The notes under the pieces are model-generated. The model was not told the origin of the DNA. It saw only the letters and a program-made list of their open reading frames with translations, and made no database searches. A program made the translations under genes and the position numbers. Below are positions 1-7,594 of a stretch of 64,000 bases of DNA, piece by piece (within the stretch, counting starts at the first letter, position 1; each line of letters opens with the position of its first letter). Location of the stretch: sequence record OR805295.1, one strand, 5' to 3'.

Positions 1-2
1 TC

Positions 3-215
3 GAGGATGCAGTAAAGTATGCCGTTAGCAACGGCGAACAAGGGCAACCCCTCCCCGCGCCGGCGGCGCAGACCGATGCCCCGGCAACGGCAGAAGCGCA
101 AGCAGAAGCCCCGGCGGCGCAGACCGAGGATGCGCCGGAGACCCCGGCGGCCGAAGCTAAGCCCGCCCGCAAAGGCGGCAGCAAAGGCAGCAGCAAAGGC
201 GGCAGCAAAAAGTAA
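3..215 (+). CDS. 3' end of early protein with Ala/Pro/Glu linker and Lys/Gly/Ser-rich basic tail (5' truncated by window)
   Basis: Frame 3 is open from base 3 to TAA 213-215 and reads EDAVKYAVSNGEQGQPLPAPAAQTDAP...AKPARKGGSKGSSKGGSKK. It ends just before a terminator. More plausible than the listed 19..225 ORF. Confidence 0.75.
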   Translation, partial: EDAVKYAVSNGEQGQPLPAPAAQTDAPATAEAQAEAPAAQTEDAPETPAAEAKPARKGGSKGSSKGGSKK

Positions 216-228
216 GCGCTGCTAACAC

Positions 229-257
229 AGGAAAGGGGCAACTGCCCCTTTCCTTTT
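229..257 (+). terminator. Rho-independent terminator, family AGGAAAGGGGCAACTGCCCCTTTCCTTTT
   Basis: GC stem plus T-run; near-identical copies at 945-976 and 2231-2259. Confidence 0.85.
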
Positions 258-315
258 ATGTCCTAGTTGTAAATGCAAATTAATCTTATTTGCATTTGCA
301 CAAGTCAATCTCCTG

Positions 316-343
316 TTGCATTACTGCGGCAAGATGTTAGTAT
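316..343 (+). promoter_or_regulatory. sigma70-type early promoter
   Basis: TTGCAT-16-TAGTAT, then RBS AGGAG before 384. Confidence 0.7.
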
Positions 344-383
344 GTGCTTGGCAGTAACACATAACTAGCAGGAGCAACAGACA

Positions 384-632
384 ATGGCTAAAGTATTGCA
401 TGTTAACAGCATCGGCAACATCGCCGAAGTGTTTACATCTGTAGACCTCGATAGCGCCTTGTTGCACGCAATCAAGCGCTGTGCAATGATGGGCAAGGTT
501 AATGTTGTTGGTCCCAACGCTCCTGTGTTTGCTAGCCACTACGACGCACTGACAGCGTACGACGTGCAGTGGCGCCTTGTTCCACCAGGCTGCGGCGTTA
601 CTTTGTACGTCATCGCCGAGGACAACAACTAA
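384..632 (+). CDS. hypothetical early protein, 82 aa
   Basis: Promoter and GCAGGAG RBS upstream. Confidence 0.85.
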   Translation: MAKVLHVNSIGNIAEVFTSVDLDSALLHAIKRCAMMGKVNVVGPNAPVFASHYDALTAYDVQWRLVPPGCGVTLYVIAEDNN

Positions 633-643
633 GGAGAGACACA

Positions 644-946
644 ATGAATCTCGTACATCTGTGGATCAACGGGCGTGTTGTGACTGCCCGCAAGGTTGTA
701 AGTAAACACACTGTCCGCAATCCGAACAGTCCGATTGATATCGAGACTATCGACGTTGTTCGACTGCGTCTGCCCCGTGGTGTTCGTGCTAGCAGTTGGG
801 CACTCCGTAAGGCAGTGTACCAGCTCATGGAGCAAAGCTGTAGCTGCTCGAGTGACTGTTGTGGACACTGGTTCGGCGGCGCACGCAAGATCTACATTAA
901 AGGCAGAGACGTCAGTGTCGTTGCCGGGTACCAGCGCAATTACTAA
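644..946 (+). CDS. hypothetical early protein with Cys cluster (CSCSSDCCGH), 100 aa
   Basis: AAGGAG RBS at 631 points to ATG 644 rather than 569; terminator follows. Confidence 0.8.
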   Translation: MNLVHLWINGRVVTARKVVSKHTVRNPNSPIDIETIDVVRLRLPRGVRASSWALRKAVYQLMEQSCSCSSDCCGHWFGGARKIYIKGRDVSVVAGYQRNY

Positions 947-976
947 AGGAAAGGGGCAGTTGCCCCCTTTCCTTTT
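945..976 (+). terminator. Rho-independent terminator
   Basis: AAAGGAAAGGGGCAGTTGCCCCCTTTCCTTTT. Confidence 0.85.
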
Positions 977-1089
977 ATCCATTAATGTGCAAACGCGAAT
1001 TATTCTTATTTGCACAGGACAGTGAGATGCAAACAAGAGGCATTCTTGATGCAGTCGGGTGATAAGAATTGTTCACAAAAAGAAAAAGC

Positions 1090-1117
1090 TTGCGTTATGC
1101 TACACAGGTGCTAGTAT
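1090..1117 (+). promoter_or_regulatory. sigma70-type early promoter
   Basis: TTGCGT-16-TAGTAT with extended TG. Confidence 0.7.
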
Positions 1118-1159
1118 GTGTATTGCAGTACCTATAAACATTAATAGCAGGATAAGAAA

Positions 1160-1480
1160 ATGGTTGACTTTAAAGGTTTTAACTGGGACGCACTAGTCCC
1201 GGAGGACAACGTTTCCACAGTTTCCATTAAAAATCACTACGAGGAACTCCTACAAAGTTTTGTTGACAACGGCATAGACTATGTGTTAGTCCGGCTGTCC
1301 CAGGAACTGCCGCACTACGAGGATTCAGATTATCCCTGCTACAAATTGGTTGACAAGTATGCAGGATGGATAGTAGGCTGGGACTACTACGGATTTGTTG
1401 TGGAACGCATGGACACGCACCTTTTCTTTGACAACAGCACTGCAAAAGGTGTAATGGACTTCCTGGAAGCTAACGGCTAG
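1160..1480 (+). CDS. hypothetical acidic early protein, 106 aa
   Basis: Own promoter, RBS AGCAGGA and terminator. Confidence 0.85.
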   Translation: MVDFKGFNWDALVPEDNVSTVSIKNHYEELLQSFVDNGIDYVLVRLSQELPHYEDSDYPCYKLVDKYAGWIVGWDYYGFVVERMDTHLFFDNSTAKGVMDFLEANG

Positions 1481-1483
1481 CAC

Positions 1484-1514
1484 AAAAAGGAAGGGGCGCA
1501 AGCCCTTTTCTTTT
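1484..1514 (+). terminator. Rho-independent terminator
   Basis: AAAAAGGAAGGGGCGCAAGCCCTTTTCTTTT. Confidence 0.8.
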
Positions 1515-1670
1515 GTCTGCAATTTCTGTGCAAATAAGAACTATTACAGTTGTGGTAAAAGCACAATGCAAATAAGACGCATTCTTGATTAGGCCTGATA
1601 ATAAGTTCTTATTAACAACAAAGAAACTGAATAAGAATAATTCTGAAAAAATAACCCTGCGGCGTAACAC

Positions 1671-1699
1671 AAAGGGCTTGCAAATTGCAAGCCCTTTTT
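1671..1699. terminator. terminator-like hairpin with no gene in front
   Basis: AAAGGGCTTGCA-AAT-TGCAAGCCCTTT, 12-bp stem. Confidence 0.7.
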
Positions 1700-1706
1700 A
1701 ATATGC

Positions 1707-1782
1707 ATTTGTTCTAAGATTAGTTCTTATTTGCAATGATAATATTCCCGCCTTACAAATAAGAACTAATCTTAGAACAAAT
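1707..1782. repeat. perfect 27-bp inverted repeat with 22-bp spacer
   Basis: ATTTGTTCTAAGATTAGTTCTTATTTG (1707-1733) is the exact reverse complement of 1756-1782. Confidence 0.95.
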
Positions 1783-1863
1783 ATTCACTTGATTTTTCTC
1801 CCAATATAGTGTATGTCTATATTAGATAAGATTAAGTCTTGTTTGCTTGTTACACTTTATATG

Positions 1864-1892
1864 TTGCAATGCTAAGGCAATGACAATATTAT
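1864..1892 (+). promoter_or_regulatory. sigma70-type early promoter
   Basis: TTGCAA-17-TATTAT. Confidence 0.65.
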
Positions 1893-1923
1893 ATGTACAG
1901 CAACACAAAACAGGAGATATAAC

Positions 1924-2229
1924 ATGTCAGCAGAATTGAAGCGGTTGTTAGAGATTTTTCCAACCTTTAAATCATTCATTTATGCTGAAGGGGCATATGG
2001 CATTGATGTTTGGAAGGCTACGGGTAGTGTTACTTTGGAACAGGTATTCAATGCTGTTAATGCAGGTAATGCAGAATGGCAATGTAAAGGTGATCCAACA
2101 TGCAGCCTGGAACAAAACAGCATGTATATTTTCATTACTATTCAGGAACCAGACTACACAGGAATGGTTGACATTGATGTTTGTGTAAAGATTACTAACG
2201 GTAATGAAGTAAGTTATCAAATAGCATAA
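1924..2229 (+). CDS. hypothetical early protein, 101 aa
   Basis: CAGGAG RBS, promoter and terminator. Confidence 0.85.
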   Translation: MSAELKRLLEIFPTFKSFIYAEGAYGIDVWKATGSVTLEQVFNAVNAGNAEWQCKGDPTCSLEQNSMYIFITIQEPDYTGMVDIDVCVKITNGNEVSYQIA

Positions 2230-2230
2230 T

Positions 2231-2259
2231 AAAGGAAAGGGGCAACTGCCCTTTTTCTT
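2231..2259 (+). terminator. Rho-independent terminator
   Basis: AAAGGAAAGGGGCAACTGCCCTTTTTC. Confidence 0.8.
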
Positions 2260-2308
2260 ATGACCATTGATGCAAACTATTCTTATTTGCACATCAAAAA
2301 AATATCTA

Positions 2309-2336
2309 TTGAATTCTATTAATATGATGCTATTAT
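2309..2336 (+). promoter_or_regulatory. sigma70-type early promoter
   Basis: TTGAAT-16-TATTAT with extended TG. Confidence 0.6.
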
Positions 2337-2365
2337 ATATAGTGTAATTAACTCGGAGTAAAGTT

Positions 2366-2653
2366 ATGCAACCTCTAAAGCAATTGCCACAAAACTACGC
2401 AATAATCACTCCAACTAGTGTTACTAATTTTAACTGCACCTTTTCTCAAGCCTATTGCAGAATAAAAGCAGAATGCAAAAACGTTTTCTGTTGGGTTCGT
2501 TGGGGTGACCACGGCGTTGCAATGAAGCGCCGAATTGATCCACCGTATGTAGTGTATCGAAACAACGGACGACAACGAAAAGTAGTTCTTGTAAACGTAG
2601 ACAAAGCCCCTGTTAATTGGCAAGACGAACTTAAACAACTATACAAATGGTAA
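2366..2653 (+). CDS. hypothetical early protein, 95 aa
   Basis: GGAG RBS, terminator downstream. Confidence 0.8.
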   Translation: MQPLKQLPQNYAIITPTSVTNFNCTFSQAYCRIKAECKNVFCWVRWGDHGVAMKRRIDPPYVVYRNNGRQRKVVLVNVDKAPVNWQDELKQLYKW

Positions 2654-2655
2654 TT

Positions 2656-2684
2656 AAGAAAAGGGCTATTATAGCCCTTTTCTT
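2656..2684. terminator. Rho-independent terminator
   Basis: AAGAAAAGGGCTA-TTA-TAGCCCTTTTCTT. Confidence 0.85.
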
Positions 2685-2834
2685 ATGACCATTGATGCAA
2701 ACTATTCTTATTTGCACGATCCCGCACTTATAACACAAGTATGTTACAAAAGCAAGAATAAAATTAACTTGACACCTATATGTAGAATATAGCACAATGT
2801 GTTTATAAATTATATTACTACAGGAGCGTTAACC

Positions 2835-3206
2835 ATGTTCAAATGCAAATTGTTTGTAGTAGATCCTGTTTATAACAACCTTTGCTACACTCAACAAATA
2901 TGGCTCGAAAGTGACGTAAATGTGTGTAGCCAAATAAAGCGTATTATTTCTGACGTAGAATTGGCATGCGCAAATAGGATAGTAAATAATCCTCATAGTC
3001 CACTATGCGTTAAATCAGCAGCATTAAAAATGGTTATGGACGGGCGCATTGACATCGAACTCAAAGATGTCAATAGTTACGTTGATCAATATAAAGACAT
3101 TCTTCCTAGCACAAATATTTTGGGTGTTTTTAAACCGACGTTTTTATCTAACTGGAAAGAAGAGTGTGAACTTTATTTCCTTAGTTGCGTTGAAAAAGAC
3201 AATTAA
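2835..3206 (+). CDS. hypothetical protein
   Basis: CAGGAG RBS at 2821 favours ATG 2835 over 2799. Confidence 0.75.
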   Translation: MFKCKLFVVDPVYNNLCYTQQIWLESDVNVCSQIKRIISDVELACANRIVNNPHSPLCVKSAALKMVMDGRIDIELKDVNSYVDQYKDILPSTNILGVFKPTFLSNWKEECELYFLSCVEKDN

Positions 3207-3212
3207 TATAAT

Positions 3213-3500
3213 ATGGAAGATGATTTAAAAAATATTGTTTCGAAGACTATCTTATCTAATAAAATTAAGATAGTCTCTTTACGTACTGTAGTAAAAACTC
3301 AGTATAAAAGAGTAGACTTCCATTATAAGATAGAATGTGAAAATAGTTCTACAAAACGTAATTTGGTATTTGCCCGTATATGCAAACCATTAGAACACAC
3401 ATTAGGTTCAAAACTTGTTTATGTAGATATTGTGCCTATCAAGTTTAAGAAAGATGAAATGCCATCTACTATTCTATCGGTAAGTGTAATGACTAGTTGA
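3213..3500 (+). CDS. hypothetical protein, 95 aa
   Basis: Follows previous gene by 6 nt. Confidence 0.7.
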   Translation: MEDDLKNIVSKTILSNKIKIVSLRTVVKTQYKRVDFHYKIECENSSTKRNLVFARICKPLEHTLGSKLVYVDIVPIKFKKDEMPSTILSVSVMTS

Positions 3501-3592
3501 TATTTGGATTTGATATTTGGAAATATAATAGTAATTCTTATTTGCAATTATAATAAATTCTTGTTTACTTTTAAAATAAAAGCAAATTCTAG

Positions 3593-3621
3593 TTGCATAG
3601 CTAGCGGCAATGTGCTAGTAT
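3593..3621 (+). promoter_or_regulatory. sigma70-type early promoter
   Basis: TTGCAT-17-TAGTAT with extended TG. Confidence 0.75.
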
Positions 3622-3651
3622 ATTAAAAAATAAAGACAGGAGTGTTATTAC

Positions 3652-3834
3652 ATGCAAACCAAAGCAACCGAGTTGGCAGTAGGCGATGTTGTTTTCTACA
3701 ATGGCATGAAAATGACTATCCAGAAAATTTCTAAAGGTCGGTGTGCAATAGATATTACACTAGTAAATACTTTGGCTAAACTCACATCTTATGTGACAGT
3801 CGACTATGACGAAGAATTTGAAGAAGTATTATAA
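3652..3834 (+). CDS. small hypothetical protein, 60 aa, possibly an SH3/KOW-like beta barrel
   Basis: RBS CAGGAG; pattern ELAVGDVVFYNG. Confidence 0.75.
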   Translation: MQTKATELAVGDVVFYNGMKMTIQKISKGRCAIDITLVNTLAKLTSYVTVDYDEEFEEVL

Positions 3835-3850
3835 TGCAGAAATTATAGTC

Positions 3851-3881
3851 ATAAGAAAAGGGGCATTGCCCCTTTTCTTAT
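3851..3881. terminator. bidirectional terminator between convergent genes
   Basis: ATAAGAAAAGGGGCA-T-TGCCCCTTTTCTTAT. Confidence 0.85.
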
Positions 3882-4117
3882 AGTCCCAACAAATGCTTGC
3901 CACTTTTGACTTGCATCATACGTACTTTCTTTTTGCGCATTTGCGTTCTTACGTTCAGGCTGTTGGGACCTTTGAAGCTATACAGTATTTCAGTAGTCCC
4001 GTCTTCATAGTTGCGTACTACATTTGCAACAATTTGACTACCTTCCTGGAACGCTTCGATAAACACGCAGTAATTGAAATTTTCCTTGTTAGCGTTATGT
4101 GCGCGTAGTTGCATCAT
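3878..4117 (-). CDS. hypothetical early protein, 79 aa
   Basis: Minus-strand GCAGGAG RBS and promoter; ends in shared terminator. Confidence 0.8.
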   Translation of the reverse strand: MMQLRAHNANKENFNYCVFIEAFQEGSQIVANVVRNYEDGTTEILYSFKGPNSLNVRTQMRKKKVRMMQVKSGKHLLGL

Positions 4118-4155
4118 TTTCTGTTACTCCTGCGTTGTTTTGCTTTGTTATGTGT

Positions 4156-4183
4156 AGTATACGCTATGCGTGTGCTAATGCAA
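4156..4183 (-). promoter_or_regulatory. sigma70-type early promoter
   Basis: TTGCAT-16-TATACT on minus strand. Confidence 0.75.
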
Positions 4184-4415
4184 GAATTTTCTTCCATTTT
4201 CTTTCAAATAAAATGTTATTAGCATCTATTCTGTTATAACATTTTCTACGACTTCATGTTTTGCAAATAAGAATTAATCGCATTTGCATTCCTACCTATA
4301 TGCCTAAATTTTAGGCAGCCTGGGTGATTGTCTCCCCCGCCCTATTACTGGTCTCTGTATAAAGATAATAGCATATTTGTATCTGCATGCAAGCATTTTT
4401 TGTAGAATTTTCCTC

Positions 4416-4444
4416 TTGACATTCCTTGCTGTAGGCTACATTAT
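4416..4444 (+). promoter_or_regulatory. sigma70-type early promoter
   Basis: TTGACA-17-CATTAT. Confidence 0.65.
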
Positions 4445-4470
4445 GCACACACAGAGCAGGAGATACCATT

Positions 4471-4851
4471 ATGGCACTCATAGCATTAGTAGCAACTGCA
4501 TATGACAAAGAAGGCGATAAGTTCGACTATGTTCGATATCTTAAAGCTCATATCAATTTTGTTTCTGCTCAAGATCAACTGAAAGAATGGATCAAAAACA
4601 AAATTGATGCAAGTATAGCAGAAGTTAAAATCGGTTTACGTGCAGAAATCGAAGTATTGGCCTATTTGGGAAACTATATAAGCCATAGTCAACGGATTAT
4701 TAGTCCCGCCGGGATCATCATGTACATTGTTCTTGATGAGAAGTATGTTAACGAACTTCACGGTCAAATTTCTAATGCAATTGGTTGTGAAGAAAAGAAA
4801 CATGTAATAAAGAAAGAAGAAAACGTCACTTATATTGATTTTAAAAAATAA
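4471..4851 (+). CDS. hypothetical early protein, 126 aa
   Basis: AGCAGGAG RBS and promoter. Confidence 0.85.
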   Translation: MALIALVATAYDKEGDKFDYVRYLKAHINFVSAQDQLKEWIKNKIDASIAEVKIGLRAEIEVLAYLGNYISHSQRIISPAGIIMYIVLDEKYVNELHGQISNAIGCEEKKHVIKKEENVTYIDFKK

Positions 4852-4852
4852 C

Positions 4853-4881
4853 TTGCATTAGCTGTAATGTATATGTATTAT
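4853..4881 (+). promoter_or_regulatory. sigma70-type promoter with no ORF downstream
   Basis: TTGCAT-17-TATTAT with extended TG; predicted start near A4888. Confidence 0.7.
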
Positions 4882-4887
4882 GTACTC

Positions 4888-5044
4888 AAGTTTGCAGCAA
4901 GACGTATTAATTTGTTTTGCTGTTAGTTGTAACTCCTGCTACCAAGTATGTGTTGAGCTAATGCTCCTGACTTGGTTCTTGGTACACTGGTTTGGGTGTA
5001 CCGTTCTTGAGCTGCAAAGGGCTTGCCCGGCGCAGCTTTTTTTT
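4888..5044 (+). ncRNA. candidate structured small RNA, about 155 nt
   Basis: Own promoter; stems 4894-4903/4914-4923, 4942-4947/4970-4975, 4981-4987/4996-5002 and 5010-5015/5032-5037, then 8 T; no credible ORF seen. Confidence 0.65.
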
Positions 5045-5060
5045 GACTAATATTATTCAT

Positions 5061-5090
5061 TTGACAAAAAATAATAATTAAAAATATAAT
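5061..5090 (+). promoter_or_regulatory. sigma70-type promoter
   Basis: TTGACA-18-TATAAT. Confidence 0.7.
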
Positions 5091-5124
5091 AGCTTAGTGT
5101 ATAACTTCCCATATTAGGCTAATT

Positions 5125-5496
5125 ATGAAATTTGTTATTGCTGCTATTGCATTGTCTTTGTCCACACTAGTTTCTGCAGAATCTATTACTGAAGTTGAGA
5201 TAACTAAAGAAACATGCCTTACACTTCTGGAATTATCTAAGATTCATGTTGATATGGTAGTAAATGAACATATGAATGCAATACAAATTGCATCTCATAT
5301 GGATATTGTATCTAATTTATATAAGAATAATAATAGTAAATGGCTTGCGTTCTTGCAGGCTCAAGCAAATATTTCAAAATTAATTGATAACGTATATGAG
5401 TTTTCATCTACTGAAGAAAGAAAGATTATCCCTCTAGCCATATTTAACGGTTGTATGGAAAGAGTTGGTAATACTTTTGAAATATATAAGAAATAA
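5125..5496 (+). CDS. exported protein with Sec signal peptide, 123 aa
   Basis: MKFVIAAIALSLSTLVSA/ES: basic N-terminus, hydrophobic core, VSA cleavage site. Confidence 0.85.
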   Translation: MKFVIAAIALSLSTLVSAESITEVEITKETCLTLLELSKIHVDMVVNEHMNAIQIASHMDIVSNLYKNNNSKWLAFLQAQANISKLIDNVYEFSSTEERKIIPLAIFNGCMERVGNTFEIYKK

Positions 5497-5497
5497 T

Positions 5498-5809
5498 ATG
5501 TATGTATATGTAGTCCATAGAATAGTCAATACAGGCGTTGAGACTAATATTTGCGATATAGAACGTTACGTTACAATTAACGACGTCGGTGCTATATCAA
5601 AGTTTCTTAATTTTAAAGAACATATAGCAGCAAACCCAAACTTATATATACGATTAATTACTACTGGATTTAATACTAAAAAGAACATATTAGAATTAAA
5701 TTTATCCAAAAAAGAATATGTAGTATCAGGTTTTAGAGTTACATCAACTAATATAAATGAATGTATTGAATATTACCTGTGTAGAAGGATATTTAAGTTA
5801 TATGATTGA
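5498..5809 (+). CDS. hypothetical protein
   Basis: ATG 1 nt after previous stop, in the frame of listed ORF 5465..5809. Confidence 0.65.
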   Translation: MYVYVVHRIVNTGVETNICDIERYVTINDVGAISKFLNFKEHIAANPNLYIRLITTGFNTKKNILELNLSKKEYVVSGFRVTSTNINECIEYYLCRRIFKLYD

Positions 5810-5927
5810 ATTTATATTAAAATCCCTTTTATTAACTTCAGTTGTCAGTGTTGGCATACTACTGATATTCATTATTATTTCATTGTTAATGTTTGGCTTA
5901 GCACCGATAGTTCCATTCCTTATTTAA
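5802..5927 (+). CDS. 41-aa hydrophobic membrane peptide (below ORF-track cutoff)
   Basis: MIEFILKSLLLTSVVSVGILLIFIIISLLMFGLAPIVPFLI; overlaps previous stop. Confidence 0.65.
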   Translation: MIEFILKSLLLTSVVSVGILLIFIIISLLMFGLAPIVPFLI

Positions 5928-6141
5928 TTTTAATTATTTGCAAGCAAATGCAAATGCGAATAATTCTTATTATCCAGCAGGCTACTGTACCTAATCTTCG
6001 TTAGATAAAATCTATTAGAATCTACAAAGTCCATTAAAACGTTCAATTGTACATGGTGGCCAGATCTGCATATACTACACACATGAAGCAAGCAAACAGC
6101 GCTTCATAAACAAACCCAAATACAGCTAGGAGTTCCAAATC

Positions 6142-6603
6142 ATGTCCAAAGCAACCGTTACCGTCGAGCAATCCGCAATCAAACTGGTTCGCCGCAACCT
6201 GGAAGGGCACCGGCAAGCCCTGTTGCTGAACGGCGTCGAAGTAGGCAGCAGCGAAGCGTTCTACAAGACCAAAACCCAGCGCACCTGGTCGGCGAAGATC
6301 GACGCCAACATCAACGGCAAGGACATCGTCCTCGAACAGAAAGGCGTGTTCAGCGCGATCCGGATCGCCCGGGCGATGGAACAAGCAATCCTGTTCATCC
6401 TGACCGACGGCAAAGAAGGCGCCGAGATGCCGGCCAGCACGCTGAGCAAGGAAGAGCAAGCCCACAACCTGGTCAAGGCAGTAGTCCAGGTCGCCGACCA
6501 TGCAGTTCAGTCCGGCGGCGCCGGCAACGGCGAAACCGAGGCAGCAGCCCCGGCGAAGAAAGGCAGCTCGAAGAAGCGCAAAGAAGCCCAGCCGGAAGCA
6601 TAA
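6142..6603 (+). CDS. GC-rich early protein with acidic/basic C-terminal tail, 153 aa
   Basis: AGGAG RBS, TATACT -10 at 6071, terminator downstream, GC3-rich codons. Confidence 0.9.
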   Translation: MSKATVTVEQSAIKLVRRNLEGHRQALLLNGVEVGSSEAFYKTKTQRTWSAKIDANINGKDIVLEQKGVFSAIRIARAMEQAILFILTDGKEGAEMPASTLSKEEQAHNLVKAVVQVADHAVQSGGAGNGETEAAAPAKKGSSKKRKEAQPEA

Positions 6604-6616
6604 TCCGGACTACACC

Positions 6617-6642
6617 GAGAAAGCACCGAAAGGTGCTTTCTC
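6617..6642 (+). terminator. terminator-like hairpin
   Basis: GAGAAAGCACC-GAAA-GGTGCTTTCTC, 11-bp stem with GNRA loop. Confidence 0.75.
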
Positions 6643-6759
6643 TATGACAGTTAATAGCAAATATTCTTATTTGCATCTAACCTGAAATAATAATAACTCT
6701 TATTTACAAATCATACTGAATACTGTATTTTACACATTAAACATTGTAGGTAATATAAA

Positions 6760-7248
6760 TTGAATATATTTGTGACTGACACAAATCCTTATGTATGTGC
6801 CAAACATCATTGTGATATTCATCTAAGAAAGATGATAGTAGAAACAGCACAATTGTTAAGCACCACTCATTATATAATAAACGGATATACTCCTGCATAT
6901 AAACCTACTCATAAAAATCACCCATGTACCGTTTGGATTAGAGAAAGTTCATATAACTATAAATGGACTTATGAACTTCTTACAAGTCTTATAAATGAAT
7001 TTGAATATAGATTTGACAAACAACATGCAACTAAAATTCACCTTTCGTCATTAAAAACTATACCAAAACTCCCTAATATAGAAAGAACAGAGTTTGTCTT
7101 AGTTATGCCAGACGAATTTAAAACAGGTAATGTAACACATTCATATCAGTTATATTTAAATAACAAATTTAAAGAATGGGCATCGAGATCTAACAGACCC
7201 ATTTATGCTACATATACAAAGACACCTAAACCATATTTTATTAGTTGA
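6760..7248 (+). CDS. denV: pyrimidine dimer DNA glycosylase / endonuclease V-like family protein
   Basis: MNIF...KMIVETAQLLST and YKPTHKNHPCTVW motifs typical of the phage DenV-like family; TTG start. Confidence 0.8.
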   Translation: MNIFVTDTNPYVCAKHHCDIHLRKMIVETAQLLSTTHYIINGYTPAYKPTHKNHPCTVWIRESSYNYKWTYELLTSLINEFEYRFDKQHATKIHLSSLKTIPKLPNIERTEFVLVMPDEFKTGNVTHSYQLYLNNKFKEWASRSNRPIYATYTKTPKPYFIS

Positions 7249-7320
7249 AAAATAATAAAAATGATTGACACGTACATAAGATCATATTATGCTGTATAAA
7301 ACAGCAAGGAGTAGATATAC

Positions 7321-7554
7321 ATGTACCGCAAACTGAATACAAATCCACGCCCAATGCCAAAAACAAAGGCAATTCCAACTAAATTTGTCATTCAGTACAC
7401 TGCACGGAATAAAGCAACAGAAAGTTTGTTCAAAAAAAGAACTATTACATTACATGCGTTTGGGCGTCTCGATGCACAGACACTCCTATCAAAACATATA
7501 CGAAAAAATAATTTGGAATTAGGTGTAATTATTGATTTCGGTGAAACAGTTTAG
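7321..7554 (+). CDS. basic hypothetical early protein, 77 aa
   Basis: TTGACA-17-TATGCT at 7265-7293, AAGGAG RBS and terminator. Confidence 0.8.
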   Translation: MYRKLNTNPRPMPKTKAIPTKFVIQYTARNKATESLFKKRTITLHAFGRLDAQTLLSKHIRKNNLELGVIIDFGETV

Positions 7555-7563
7555 TTAGTGACT

Positions 7564-7594
7564 AAAGAAAGGGGATTAATTCCCCTTTCTTTTT
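7564..7594. terminator. Rho-independent terminator
   Basis: AAAGAAAGGGGA-TTAAT-TCCCCTTTCTTTTT. Confidence 0.85.

Larger units (their letters stand above)
2253..2717 (+). repeat. exact 40-bp direct repeat (2253-2292 and 2678-2717) bracketing one gene cassette
   Basis: TTTTCTTATGACCATTGATGCAAACTATTCTTATTTGCAC at both sites. Confidence 0.95.

Noticed and set aside
19-225. Listed Arg-rich 68-aa ORF resembling a protamine
   Set aside because: It is an off-frame shadow. Frame 3 gives a coherent Ala/Pro/Glu linker protein with host-like codons that stops before the terminator.
6043-6501. 152-aa minus-strand ORF
   Set aside because: Antisense shadow of GC-rich gene 6142..6603, which has the promoter, RBS and terminator.
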